Assembly (NCBI RefSeq): GCF_006345805.1
Contig: NC_043012.1
Location: forward strand, 24,800,001 to 24,864,000
Reading direction: 5' to 3'
Source: Octopus sinensis
Lineage: Eukaryota
DNA: 64,000 bases
Below, one piece after another: positions 50,718-63,690 of the stretch. Position numbers and translations under genes: made by a program. How positions within the stretch are numbered: position 1 is the stretch's first letter; each line of letters starts with the position of its first letter. Under the pieces are notes generated by a model that saw only the letters and a program-made list of their open reading frames with translations, was not told the DNA's origin and did not search any database.

Positions 50718-51956
50718 TGAGGCTGAATAAAATGTAAGCAATGTTTTGAAACACGAAATTCATCGCAATATATTTCAACGATGCGGAAATTTTATTCATC
50801 AAAGTAAGTGTCATTACAATCAACACATATTTGCCAACGAGTTACAAATTTGTTTATTCCAGTAATATAAAGACCTGGAGTTCTGGAGATGATGAATTCT
50901 TTGAACGCACTTTCAGCTTGAAAAAATGGTAGTCGGTGGGGGAAAGGTCTGGGAAATAAGCTGGGTGAGGAACTTCGTAGCCAAGTTCCCTCAACTTCTG
51001 GTACATCATTAGTGAAACGTGTGGTCAAGCATTGTCATGAAGAATGATTGGCCCTCTTCTGTTGACCAGTCTGGGACGGAGGAGCAGCAGTGTTTCGTTC
51101 ATTTTGGTAATTTCATGGCAATATGTTTCTGCAGTAATGGTTTTTCCGGGTTCTAAGAAGTTATAGGGGGTGAGTCCAGTAGTACACCACCAAACATTCA
51201 CCATAACCTTCTTTTGAAGAGCTCGGGTTTAGGGAAGGTTTCCGGTGCTTCATTTTGGTCCAACCACTGCGAAGAGCGTTTTTTTATTATTGTACAGAAT
51301 CCACTTTACATCGCAGGCTACAATACGGTCGAGAAATGGATCGGTCTGGTTACAGAGATAAGCGACGAGCAAATTTCATATCTGCGCATTGTCTGATTTT
51401 CATTCAAATCGTGTGCTACACATTTGTCGAGCTTTTTTGGTTTTCCGATCGCTTGCCAATGGTTGCAGGCAGTTTTCTGGCTAGCTTGAAGATCCTTTGC
51501 CAGTTCTTGGGTGGTTTTATATGGATCTTTCTCAATAATGGTCCCTAATTGACCGTCATCGATGACAAATGGGCGTCCACTGCGCTCGCGATCTTCAAGG
51601 CACAGGTTTCCACTGCGAAATCGTTTAAGCCATTTTCGAGCTGACCACTCACTGGTCATTTCCTCACCAAACGTTTCGTTGATATCGCGAGCGGTTTCAG
51701 CTGCTTTACGTACTTTTTATGAAGCTGAATAGCAAAATTGCCCGAATACCGGGCTTTCATCTGAAAGTTCCATTTCAGATCATTGTAACAACGATAAAAC
51801 AAATATCAATGTTAAGTTATTGGCGCATTTGGGCCAGTCTATGTCTGTTTTATAAGACAACTGCTAAAACAAGTTTTCAAAAAATTCAAAACTCTGCTAA
51901 AATCTGGTACAAATTCTTCATGGTTCAAAACTTTGCTTACTTTTTACTCAACCTGA
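50718..51956 (-). mobile_element. Complete but decayed mariner element, 1239 bp
   Basis: TIRs T(G/C)AGG(C/T)TGA(A/G)TAAAA(T/A)GTAAGCAA(T/A)GTTTTGAA with TA flanks. Transposase motifs: W..RFRSGN..LED..RSGRP, CVAHDL (WVPHEL-like), TCD.KW, HDNA, YFPDLSPTDYHFF. Confidence 0.92.
50790..51775 (-). pseudogene. Mariner transposase pseudogene
   Basis: Frameshifts and stops; ORF 51318-51659 is one piece. Confidence 0.9.
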
Positions 51957-51999
51957 TATTTATCCTCATGTGTTTTGAGGATTGAAAGTGCAGTAGTGT

Positions 52000-52950
52000 C
52001 AGAATATTTTCTGAGGGTTTGCACTATCAAGTATTCATCGAAATTATAACCGCTTGATAGCTAGACGTTCGGCAAGTTTCGTCGAACTACTGTTATTGTT
52101 GCTGACATCATACCTGTGCTCATTGCATTTCTTAGTTAATTGTCCTGTTGCACAACCAACATAAAGCGAGTTGTGTTTGGTGCATTCCGCTGCGTACACT
52201 AAATGGAGATCCTTGCACGCCCCACCTTCTGTTATAATTTGCGATGGAATTGATTTGATTCATATTATTGCATAATTAAGAGGGCTTACCTCTCTTGTTT
52301 TTCGGGGTACAATATTCATAAACTCTCATGGTAGTTTTATTGGGATTAGAGGTGTGGGCCGATAGTTCTCTTATATCTTTATTGCGTCTAAAGTTCTCTT
52401 TATATCTTTATTGCGTCAAAAAGGCTATGAAGGCTTTGAAACAAGGATATTTTTCTGCAATATGCTGGTAACTTTCATGCAGCACTTTTGAAATGCCAGC
52501 TAAATTTTGGTGCCAGTTAATCACTTCATGAATTTTGTTACAAACTTTATTTTGGTTGCTAGAATTTCGCGTGATGGTTTGACTTTCCTTACTAATTTTA
52601 GTTATGTCATTTGCTATTTCCTTTAATCGTGATTTACAATAACCACGTTTGACATAATAGTGCACAAAAGCATTTGCATGGTTCCAGTAATCCTCTATGT
52701 CGGTACAAATCCGTTTTATCCTCAAAAACTGGGAGTTCGGATTTGACTTAATTGTACGATGTGGCTGATCTGAGTAGAGATAAACGTGGGATGATGTAGG
52801 CTCGCAAAATAACTCTGAAAATTTTATTTTTATGTTAAAAATTTCTATTCTAGTCTTTGAAAAACAAGGTGAGAACTTTAAATTCTTTTTTATTATTGAC
52901 ATTAAACTGAAGGAAAGGAAAGAAACAAACAAAACATTTTACAACAAATC
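52000..52950 (-). mobile_element. Penelope-like element fragment (RT thumb and GIY-YIG), a second family
   Basis: EPTSSHVYL..SQFLRIKRIC..KRGY, then LVYAAECTKHNSLYVG..L..KCNEHR. Confidence 0.8.
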
Positions 52951-53054
52951 ATATTTTCAAAGGAAAAACAATTGTTACTTTTCAGTAGATCGCAACAATT
53001 TCCCTCCAAACATAATATCGGTTACTCAGTTCCCATGGTGTGTATTTGACCAAT

Positions 53055-53442
53055 GTGGAGGCGCAATGGCCCAGTGGTTAGGGCAGCGGATTCGCGGTCA
53101 TAGGATCGCGGTTTCTATTCCCAGACCGGGCGTTGTGAGTGTTTATTGAGCGAAAACACCTAAAAGCTCCACGAGGCTCCGTCAGGGGATGGTGGTGATC
53201 CCTGCTGTACTCTTTCACCACAACTTTCTCTCACTCTTACTTCCTGTTTCTGTTGTATCTGTATTTCAAGGGGCCGGCCTTGTCACTCTCTGTGTCACGC
53301 TGAATATCCCTGAGAACTACGTTAAGGGTACACGTGTCTGTGGAGTGCTCAGCCACTTACACGTTAATTTCACGAGCAGGCTGTTCCGTTGATTCGGATC
53401 AACCGGAACCCTCGTCGTCGTAACCGACAGAGTGCTTCCACC
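53055..53442 (+). mobile_element. Full-length tRNA-derived SINE (fourth family) with an 11-bp TSD
   Basis: TGGCCCAGTGGTTAGG A box, GGTTTCTATTCCC B box; ATTTGACCAAT at 53044-53054 and 53443-53453. Confidence 0.88.
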
Positions 53443-53774
53443 ATTTGACCAATATCACACTTCGTTTGACTAGGACGCTGTTCCATTGCAGGGTTCAAGA
53501 CCAGCGATTTTTAGGGGAGAGGGGCAAGTCGATTACATCAACCCAAGTATTTGACTGGTATTTTATTTTTATCGACCCCGAAAGGATAAAAGCTGAAGAC
53601 GGACCTCAGAGGGATTTGAACACAACGTAAGGAACCGGAGATTATCTGAGGCGACAAATTTGGCGATAGCAACAACAAAGTAGCAACCAATAGCAACCAA
53701 TGTGTCACAACCATTCGCTTTTTGCCCTTCACCGATATTGGTGGATGCAAGAAATTTTAAGACAGACAAATTTA

Positions 53775-54357
53775 TACTTTTCTACTCTAGGCACAAGGCT
53801 CGACATTTTGGGGGAGGGGGCCAGTCGATTAGATCGATCCCAGTACGCAACTGGTGCTTAATTTAACGACCCCGAAAGAATGAAAGGCAAAGTCGACCTC
53901 GGCGGAATTTGAACTCAGACCGTAAAGGCAGACGAAATACCTATTTCTTTACTACCCACAAGGGGCTAAAGACAGAAAGGACAAACAAGGACAGACAAAC
54001 GGATTAAGTCGATTATATCACCCCAGTGCGTAACTGGTGCTTAATTTATCGACCCCGAAAGAATGAAAGGCAAAGTCGACCTCGGCGGAATTTGAACTCA
54101 GACCGTAAAGACAGACGAAATACCTATTTCTTTACTACCCACAAGGGGCTAAAGACAGAAAGGACAAACAAGGACAGACAAACGGATTAAGTCGATTATA
54201 TCGACCCCAGTGCGTAACTAGTACTTATTTAATCGACCTCGAAAGGATGAAAGGCAAAGTCGACCTCGGCGGAATTTGAGCTCAGAAAGTAACGGCAGAC
54301 GAAATACCGCTAAGCATTTCGCCTGGCGTGCTAACGATTCCGCCAGCTCCCCGCGCC
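53775..54357 (-). mobile_element. Tandem trimer of SINE family M with a period of about 183 bp
   Basis: TACC junction at 53938, 54121 and 54305; only the first unit has a complete head. Confidence 0.88.
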
Positions 54358-56302
54358 TGGCAGACAAGTTTATATTGCATGAAAGAATATGTTTGATATA
54401 TTTTGATACAGAAAATATTTATACATTTCGAAGTCTAGACAGGTCAAAAAAGAACAGTGCAAAGCAGACTACTGAGTATCCTCTGTGGTGAGGCGCCTAT
54501 CTGAGCATAGATTATGACTTAACCGTTCTCAGATGCACAAAGGGTCACTTGTTGGATGACGAAATGATTGCAGAGCTACGTGAAATAAAGTGCTTTGCTC
54601 AAGAGCACAACGCAATGCTCAGTCTGGGAATCGAAACCATGATCACGCAATTGTGAGTGCAACTTCCTAACCACTAAGCCATGTGTGTGCATGTGTTATA
54701 GTTAACAATAAAGAAAGATTATGGCTAATACGAGAAAGGAAGCTCTGAAGGTTTCTTTTCTTTGAAAAACGATAATATGCAGGTACATTTGAAGAACATG
54801 CATACACAGGTTGCTTAAGGTTACCAAGGATTTTCATGGTCAAAGAAAATATTCAAAGTTAACTAAAATGTATTTTACCATTATTTCTAAAGCCAAACAT
54901 TTTACTGGAGTATATTGTCGAAGAATTCGACACGAGTATTTGTCTGGTATTTTATTTAATCGATATTGGAAGGACAGGAAACAAAGTTCGTTTGTGTGCG
55001 ATTTGAACACAAAATTTAAAGGAGCATTACTAATCACCGCAAGGCATTGTGTGCTGAAGCTACACTGATTCTACCATTCTATAGAATTGAGAACCGGATG
55101 GAAGATTTTGTTGTTGTCAATAAAGAATTCGTTTGTTCAGTTTAGTGAGGTTTCTATTGAAAGTATAAGCATTTCTAATTAGATCTTTTATGCTCACTGT
55201 ATGAAATATGTTAACACTAACTTAACAATCTTTTGGACTGTTTATTCTGGAGCTGCTGTTGTTGGAATTACCAAAATCACTTTCTAACACCCTGGACAAT
55301 GTCCAAAAACGAATCTCTGTAGCTAATCAATATTTGATTAGGACCATCCATCTCTTAAGAAATGTTTAGAATTGTGTGTTTGGGTCGATAACACAGCGTT
55401 CCTTGTTCCATAGAGCTGCTCTCTTTTTCAAGAAGTTTATATATTTTCCGCCTAACATTCACCATATCGTCTTCCGTCAGATTTGATTAAAACAAACAAA
55501 CACAGAAGTTGTGTTTCTCAGCTTCACCAGAACATATTTCTCTTCCAAATATCACTCTTGTTGTAGATGTTGCTGCTGCTGCTGCTACTATTACTACAAC
55601 TATTGCTCTGCTGCTACTATTACTACAACTATTGCTCTGCTGCTAATATCGCTGCTGTTGTTTAACCCTAGGTCAGCACTGATCGAACTTGCTTATAATT
55701 AAATTATTCCAGCCGTGACTATCTTTGTCTTTTATTCTTGGACAGTATCCAGGATAATCAATCATTCAATGTATCCTTTTTTTATTTAAGAGAGAATGGT
55801 GTGATTTAAGGAAGATTTGGCTTCTATTTCTAAATGAACATGTGACGACATATATAATAATTCTCATTTTTTTCTGTCTTTGTACTGGAGGTAAATCATT
55901 ACTGGTGCACTTTACAGAAGAAATTTTTATAACTTTTGTTTCAAAGTTGTTTTTAGAGAAAAACTATGTCTTCTTTTCCACCAGGAGGTCCAGTCATTGT
56001 TGCGTGTATGCCTCAGTGACCTCGAATGAGAGCAGTGTTAGAGGAGTTAAGCACCTGATATGGCTTCCAGTGCAAAACAGGTCAAAGGATAGAGGTCAAA
56101 CTAATATGAGCCACATCTGAAGCGAAAGTGAGTTTGCGTAGAGCCAACACACATCTCTAAAAAAACAAACAAGAAAACAACTGAAAAGAAGTAGAAAAGA
56201 CAGCCCAGAATCGAGAACAACGGAGAAAAGTCGTCGATGGTCTACGTTCCATTTGGTAGCGAAGGACTTAAGAAATAATTTTTTGCTTTGTTTTATCAAT
56301 TA

Positions 56303-56694
56303 CTAGCAGTATCGCCCGGCGTTGCTCGGGTTTGTAAGGGAAATAACTATACAGCATTTTTAGAGAGTTATAGCCAAAAAATAGCAAAAAAATGCATTAA
56401 AAATGGAAAAAATATGATGGTAAATTTTTTTTAAATCGTTGACTCATCGAAGACATTTTTAGAGAGTTACTTCCCTTTAAAAAATATGCATGAAAATGGA
56501 AAAAAATGATGGTAAATTATTTTTAAAATCGTAGACTCATCGTAGACAAGCGCTAATACCCAGAAGGGCTCGATATGAATCACGACTATAAGATACCCGG
56601 TTTTGGTTAAACTGCACCGCAAAATGTGGGAGTAGTTAGGAATCTAAATCGAAGGGGACAGACACTCACACAACTACAGTTTTATATATAAAGA
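56303..56694 (-). mobile_element. Non-autonomous Helitron, same family as 50267-50639
   Basis: Reverse complement of A|TC..hairpin..CTAG|T. Confidence 0.88.
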
Positions 56695-57147
56695 TATTTG
56701 TGTAAGAGAAAATTATGAGCAAACAAGTTTTCAGGAAACTTTGGTATTAGCGTGGATTTTCTGAAGCCTAAAATTATATTTTAAAAAACTCGATAATGAG
56801 CAACTTTTGCGGTGCACCGTTTGAAAATGACAATCTGGAGACAAATAGAAATTTTAGATGAACGTCCATTTTGAAGACTTCTCTTCAAAATGGACGTTGG
56901 TCTTCTCATTAAAGGCCAGTATTTCTTGGATTATTGGGCCGGAAAACATACAAATTCAAGCTGGCTCTCATGTTTTACTCTGTATGGAGAATTATTAGTT
57001 CAAGGGAACAAACTACTTGTTAAATAAATACACCTTGGTCGTGATTAAATATATGTACGGGGATTATAGCTGCATGTATCTTGTCACACAGGTAAATTAG
57101 GCCCAATGGAGGATATTTCGATAGTTTAGTTGAGAACTGAACCGACC

Positions 57148-57558
57148 TCTTTACTCTTACTCTTTTACTTGTTTCAGTCATTTGACTGCGGCCATGCTGG
57201 AGCACCGCCTTTAGTCGAGCAACTCGACCCTGGGACTTATTCTTTGTAAGGCCAGTACTTATTCTATCGGTCTCTTTTGCCGAACCGCAAAGTGACGGGG
57301 ACGTAAACACACCAGCATCGGTTGTCAAGCAATGCAAGGGGGACAAACACAAACACACAAACACACACACATACATATATATACATACATATATACGACA
57401 GGCTTCTTTCAGTTTCCGTCTACCAAATCCACTCACAAGGCATTGGTCGGCCCGGGGCTATAGCAGAAGACACTTGCCCAAGATGCCACGCAGTGGGATT
57501 GAACCTGGAACCATGTGATTGGTTAGCAAGCTACTTACCACACAGCCACTCCTGCGCC
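57148..57558 (-). mobile_element. Full-length CORE-type SINE (family C)
   Basis: Complete head to tail. Confidence 0.9.
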
Positions 57559-58620
57559 TATAGAACAACCCATCAGAATTTGCTCCTTTTCCTTTGCCAA
57601 GATGCCAAACGATAACAATGGAATACTTCCAATATGTGAACAAGCTCGTGCTTCTATCCATTAGATTTGGCTGGTTTTGGATCATCTTCACTGAGTTAGC
57701 TCCGACACATCCGTTACTCTTCTTCTCATCCTCCATATAGTGTCAAACACTTTACTGAATCTTCACTAACCCCTGTTTAATAGAAACGTTAACGTTATCT
57801 TCCCCACATTACGTGGGGCCTGCGAAACCCATGGAATGCAGGTGTGAACGATGTAGAAAAATATATACAGAGATAGACAAAGAGATACGGGTGCAGTGTT
57901 AATTGTATTTACTTCGTCCTTTTCTTTCATGAAATCCTGGTGAAAATTTGATTGTTGTTGAGTAACCTGGCTGAATTTCAACATCTTAAGTGACTTGTGA
58001 AAAATGGGTTGCCAAATATGATCTGCGGAAAATGGGCAACAGAAAATGGGATATGGAATATGTTTTAAGATACACCATGAGAAAGATTAGTGAAAGTTGA
58101 ACAGTAAAAGATGGATTGAAGATAATACGTTACCATGGAGGAAGGGTTGTGTAAGTTAATTATTCTCGTTGTAGAAGTTCTATACTTTTTAATAATTATG
58201 TTGCTTTATTATCACTTGAAAATGTCAAAAGTATTCACGTTTAGTAGGTAAAAATTACTGTTTACACACTAAAGTTTAAACATCGCAAAAAAAAAATAGA
58301 AAGAAAAGGAAATTTCCTTTAATTAAATCAACCATACGGAAGGAATCTAGGAAGAAAAACCGCGAGGAAAAGTGATTAAGAGAAGACACTTTGCGACGGT
58401 TTTGTAATAAATGTCATTAATATAATAACTTCAAAGTTTGTTGAAGGTGCATTTGGATGCAAGTATCGTCTTCAAACACCATAATATTTAGATACATCTA
58501 GATATTTAGAGAACATTAGAAAATGGCTATGGCAACAATTGCATATATAAATATACCTACATAATACATACATACATACATACATACATACATACACGCA
58601 TACATACATACATACATACA

Positions 58621-58651
<31 letters not shown>

Positions 58652-58694
58652 GTATGTGTAAGCGTAGAGAGAGAGAGAAAAACATATATACATA

Positions 58695-58730
<36 letters not shown>

Positions 58731-58850
58731 CATATATATATATATATGTATGTATGTATATGTATATATAATAATAAATATTAGGGAATAAATCCAAACT
58801 TACAGGGAAAAATCAGATTTAGGATTGAATCCAATTTTATAGTAAAATAT

Positions 58851-59106
58851 TATATTATATTAAATTAGAGACAAAACCACTATTAGGCAAATCAAACAAT
58901 GAAAAACTTAAGCCAATACATATGATTAATTTATATTATTTAAATATATAACAAAATTATTAAAAAAATATAATTAATATTAATTATATTTTTTTAATAA
59001 TTTTGTTATATATTTAAATAATATAAATTAATCATATGTATTGGCTTAAGTTTTTCATTGTTTGATTTGCCTAATAGTGGTTTTGTCTCTAATTTAATAT
59101 AATATA
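58851..59106. repeat. Perfect 256-bp spacerless palindrome
   Basis: Checked base by base; centre between 58978 and 58979. Confidence 0.93.
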
Positions 59107-59422
59107 TGTATATATATATATGTTATATAATTTTATATTATTTTATATTATATTCCATTATACTATATTATACTATATCGCACACAAAGAAAGTGACTAT
59201 TGTACTACATTAACTTATGCTACAAATGAAAAGTATATCAGGATAAAGAAAAGCCATTTTGAAAACAGATATGTGCACGCAGCACAAAGCCAACCAGTTG
59301 CACGTGATCATTCTGTAGAGTAAATCACATGGAACACAACATTAGCATTCAAATACATTTCATAGACTGATAAACAAGACTTAAAAACAAAACCGTGTTT
59401 TACATATAATATTAGTATATAG

Positions 59423-59900
59423 GGCAGCGAGCTGGCAGAACCGTTAGCACGCCGGGCGAAATGCGTAGCCGAATTTCGTCTGCCGTTACTTTCTGATTTC
59501 AAATTCCGCCGGAGTTGACTTTGCCTTTTATCCTTTCGGGGTCGGTAAATTAAGTACCAGTTACGCACTGGAGTCGATGTAATCGACTTAATCCGTTTGT
59601 CTGTCTTTGCCCCCTCTATGTTTAGCCCATTGTGGGTAATAAAAAAACAAATATAATATTAGTATCTGATGTAGGCACAAGAGCAGCAATTTCGAGAGGA
59701 AGGGGTTTAGACGATGCGACTAACACCCTTTACTGGACTGGTACCTTTATTTTATACATCAACCCCAGTACTCAGCTGGTTCTTGTTTTATCGACCCCGA
59801 AATGATGAAAGGCAAAGTCGACCTCTGCGAAATTTGAGCTCAGAAGACGGACGAAACGCCGCTGTGCGTTTTGTCCGATGTTCCAACGATTCTGCCAGGC
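59423..59900. mobile_element. SINE family M (plus strand 59423-59645) and a degenerate inverted copy (minus strand 59680-59900)
   Basis: Head, B box and body motifs. Confidence 0.8.
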
Positions 59901-60819
59901 TGCAGTTTTTGTTGTTCATATAATTATATATTCTTCAATTATTAAATCTAATAATGTAAAGTATGCAGTTTATTGAGTAACCAAATTCAAATCCATACAA
60001 CATCTGATGAGCTGCGGCAAATAACATCGTTATATGACAAGCAAAGATATACATCACTTTACGAATGACACCAACATATAACTACATAGGCTTATAATAT
60101 TGTATAATGCATCCAGAATATAAAACAGAGTTTGTCTCAAAATGTTAACACTGAAGTCATTATCCTCATTGACAATCTTGACACATTTAGCCTGCATTCT
60201 AATAAATACCACGTGACTATTATACCGAGTAATGATGTTCATAATTTCCTTCTAGGATTCCTTGTTTCCATGTGTTTCGGACATTTTCTATCTTATTTAG
60301 TGTGTGTACGTCTCTGCGACCACCAATAATGGTAATGTCATTTGATGACCCTTTGGAAGATATTTTTTGGCAAAGATGGTTGACATCATTCAGTCTCAAT
60401 GACTTCATATTCATCCTGAACATAATCGAGATCGACTTTCTATCAGGCATGTCTTTTCTTATGAAATAACACCTATTAAAGAAGGAAATGAAGGAAAATG
60501 CAAAAAATAACAGCATTAAACGAGGCACTGCGACTCTGGAAGACTTGGTTCATGCTTTTTCCAACGTTTAGGAGAATCTAAAAGAGACACTAACTCTCGT
60601 TCTATTGTACGAGTTTATATACTGGCTCGTTTAAGCTCGAAGACAAGAGCATTTCTGGCTAACGAGACACAATATTTCGAAAAACCAGTGTCCCAGGGTC
60701 CCTTGCGCCAGTGTAAAAGGTGAAGTTGTTCTCATATGACATACGTAACAGCGACTAGCATATTTGCGTTCGAATCTACTGGGACGTATTAAGAATAAAT
60801 ATACTGTAGGCGTAGCCGT

Positions 60820-61180
60820 GACTGTGTGGTAAGAAGCTTGCTTCCCAACCACAGGATCCCATGTTCAATCCCACTGTTTGGCACCTACTATAGCCTCGGG
60901 CCCACCAAAGCCTTGTGATTAGATTTGATAGATGAGAACTGCCGTCGTATATATTTACGCGTATATATGTGTGTATGTGTGTGTGTGTGTGTGTGCGCGC
61001 GTCTCTTTGTGTCTATCTTTGCCCCCCCCCCGTCCACCGCTTGACAACCGGTGTTGGTTGTTTTACGCAAAAGAGACTGCTATAATGAGTGTCAGTCTTT
61101 AAAATGTCAGTAGTTGAATCGATTAATTCGAATAATAAATTGTGTGAGTGTGTCCCAGTATGGCCGCAGTCTAACGACTG
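60820..61180 (+). mobile_element. Degenerate CORE-type SINE (family C)
   Basis: GGCGTAGCCGTGACTGTGTGGTAAG head; GCTTGACAACCGG. Confidence 0.72.
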
Positions 61181-61569
61181 TCATCGTATGTTTTTCAAGA
61201 ATATTCAATATGTTTTTTTTAATGTTTGTGATTCGCAAAATCTCAGTAAAAAAACCTTATTTTCTATCGATGACCTTTATTTTCGAAACCATTGTGTGAT
61301 TCTTATGTCTTTATCAGAGGAGTTAATGACGAAAATAAAACGAAGCTTCTTTGGAGATGTTCAAACTGGATTCCAGAGTAAAAGGTGAAGCAGTCACAAC
61401 AAGACAACCAAGTCTATCTGTCAATGTCTGCTCTATGGTCAGGCATGCGTCAAAAGCATTAACATAAGCGTGTTCTGAGAAGCTGATATCTCAGATTGTA
61501 TCCAATAACAGTCTGTGAATTCCTGACTAAAATCTTTATTCAATTTACGACGGTAGATTGTCCTCGGCA

Positions 61570-61803
61570 GGCGGCGAGCTGGCAGAAGCGTTAGCACGCC
61601 GGGCGAAATGCTTAGCGGTATTTCGTCTACCGTTACGTTGTGGGTTCAAATTCCGCCGAGGTCGACTTTGTCTTTCATCCTTTCGGGGTCGATAAATTAA
61701 GTACCAGTTACGCACTGGAGTCGATGTAATCGACTTAATACCTATGTCTGTCCTTGTTTGTCTCCTCTATGTTTAGCCCCTTGTGGGTAATAAAGAAATA
61801 GGT
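61570..61803 (+). mobile_element. SINE family M, tail a, with a 15-bp TSD
   Basis: GGTAGATTGTCCTCG at 61552-61566 and 61801-61815. Confidence 0.92.
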
Positions 61804-62245
61804 AGATTGTCCTCGTCCCCTTGTCCATATTAGGGATATTCTTGTTAGCTGTAAGTCCTGCTCGTGGTACCAGTGTATACATACATTAATTAACCAAATA
61901 TTGAACTCTCGTTTATCAGGCGAACTACAGCACTTAATAAATGTTCAATACTTGTATTCACTATTCCATTACGCCGAAGGACAATTTGGAACCCGTGTTC
62001 ACAGGATCCCGTGTTCAGTCCACTGCTTGGCACCTAGTATAGCCTCGGACCGACCAAAGCTTTAAGCTTTACTGTTTTATGCTTTAAAGCTTAATGTTCA
62101 AACTATTCAAATTAAAGGCCCCTGGTATGGTACTCGTTTTTATGTTAAGTCTACTAAAAAGGTTATTAATGCTCACCGTGAGCAGTGATTCTTTCAGTTG
62201 ATTTGTCTTCCAGTGTTGTTTCTTCTCCATTATCTTGTCTTTGAT

Positions 62246-62665
62246 CTCTCTTTACTCTCTCTCTTTTACTTGTTTCAGTCATTTGACTGCGGCCATGCTG
62301 GAGCACCGCCTTTAGTCGAGAAACTCGACCCCGGGACTTATTCTTTGTAAGCCCAGTACTTATTCTATCGGTCTCTTTTGCCGAACCGCTAAGTGACGTG
62401 GACGTAAACACACCAGCATCGGTTGTCAAGCAATGCTAGGGGGACAAACACAGACACACAAACACATACACATATATATATATATATATATATACATATA
62501 TACGACAGGCTTCTTTCAGTTTCCGTCTACCAAATCCACTCACAAGGCATTGGTCGGCCCGGGGCTATAGCAGAAAACACTTGCCCAAGATGCCACGCAG
62601 TGGGACTGAACCCGGAACCATGTGGTTGGTTAGCAAGCTACTTACCACACAACCACTCCTGCGCC
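62246..62665 (-). mobile_element. Full-length CORE-type SINE (family C)
   Basis: Complete head to tail. Confidence 0.92.
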
Positions 62666-62829
62666 TATAAGTATCTCTATAAGTATTATTGATTTCTCTT
62701 TTCGCTCTTGGTCATAGTCCCTCGTAATAGAGTAATTTTTTCAGGAGGGATATCCCCGAAAAATACGCCTGATTTTAACTACTGCTTTAATACCGGATTG
62801 CAGTCGTTTGAATATTTTTCAATTAAGGT

Positions 62830-63246
62830 CGACAGGAGTGGCTGTGTGGTAAGTAGCTTGCCTACCAACCACATGGTTCTGGGTTCAGTCCCACTGCGTG
62901 GCATCTTGGGCAAGTGTCTTCTGCTATAGCCTCGGGCCATAAATGCCTTGTGAGTGGATTTGGTAGACGGAAACTGAAAGAAGCCTGTCGTATATATGTA
63001 TATATATGTATGTATGTGTGTGTGTATATGTTTGTGTGTCTGTGTTTGTCCCTCTAGCATTGCTTGACAACCGATGCTGGTGTGTTTACGTCCCCGTCAC
63101 TTAGCGGTTCGGCAAAAGAGACCGATAGAATAAGTACTGGGCTTACAAAGAATAAGTCCCGGGGTCGATTCGCTCGACTAAAGGCGGTGCTCCAGCATGG
63201 CCGCAGTCAAATGACTGAAACAAGTAAAAGAGTAAAGAGTAAAGAG
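62830..63246 (+). mobile_element. Full-length CORE-type SINE (family C), inverted relative to 62246-62665
   Basis: Complete head to tail. Confidence 0.92.
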
Positions 63247-63537
63247 ATCAAAGTCTCTGCTCTCGAAAACCAAGCTTCTGTGTTTTTTTGCAGATCTTCT
63301 AATCAAGACAAATTTCTGGATTATTTTGGACAATTTTTAATGCATCAATAAACTAAGTTTTTGTTTTTCCGTTTGGTGCATAGATGTAGAGATTTTTCTG
63401 AAGTCGCTGCTGATGCTTTGTGGGGGGTCTTTTAACTCTGTCACCCAAATAAAATTCCTTACGCGCATGATTACACACACACGCGCGCACACATTCACAC
63501 ACACATACACACACACTCAGCGTAAGCGATATTCATC

Positions 63538-63690
63538 AAATTCCGCCGAGGTCGACTTTGCCTTTCATCCTTTCGGTGTTGATTAAATAAGTACCAGTTA
63601 CGCACTGGGGTCGATATAATCGACTTAATCTGTCTGTCTGTCCTTGTTTGTCCTCTCTGTGTTTAGCCCCTTGTGGGTAGTAAAGAAATA
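63538..63690 (+). mobile_element. 5'-truncated SINE family M, tail a
   Basis: CAAATTCCGCCGAGGTCGAC..GTGGGTAGTAAAGAAATAG. Confidence 0.85.

Noticed and set aside
53775-54357. CRISPR-like or satellite array
   Set aside because: The units are SINE bodies without unique spacers, in a eukaryotic context.
60000-60030. CTGATGAGCTGCGGCAAA
   Set aside because: Lacks G12 and pairing stems; a chance match.
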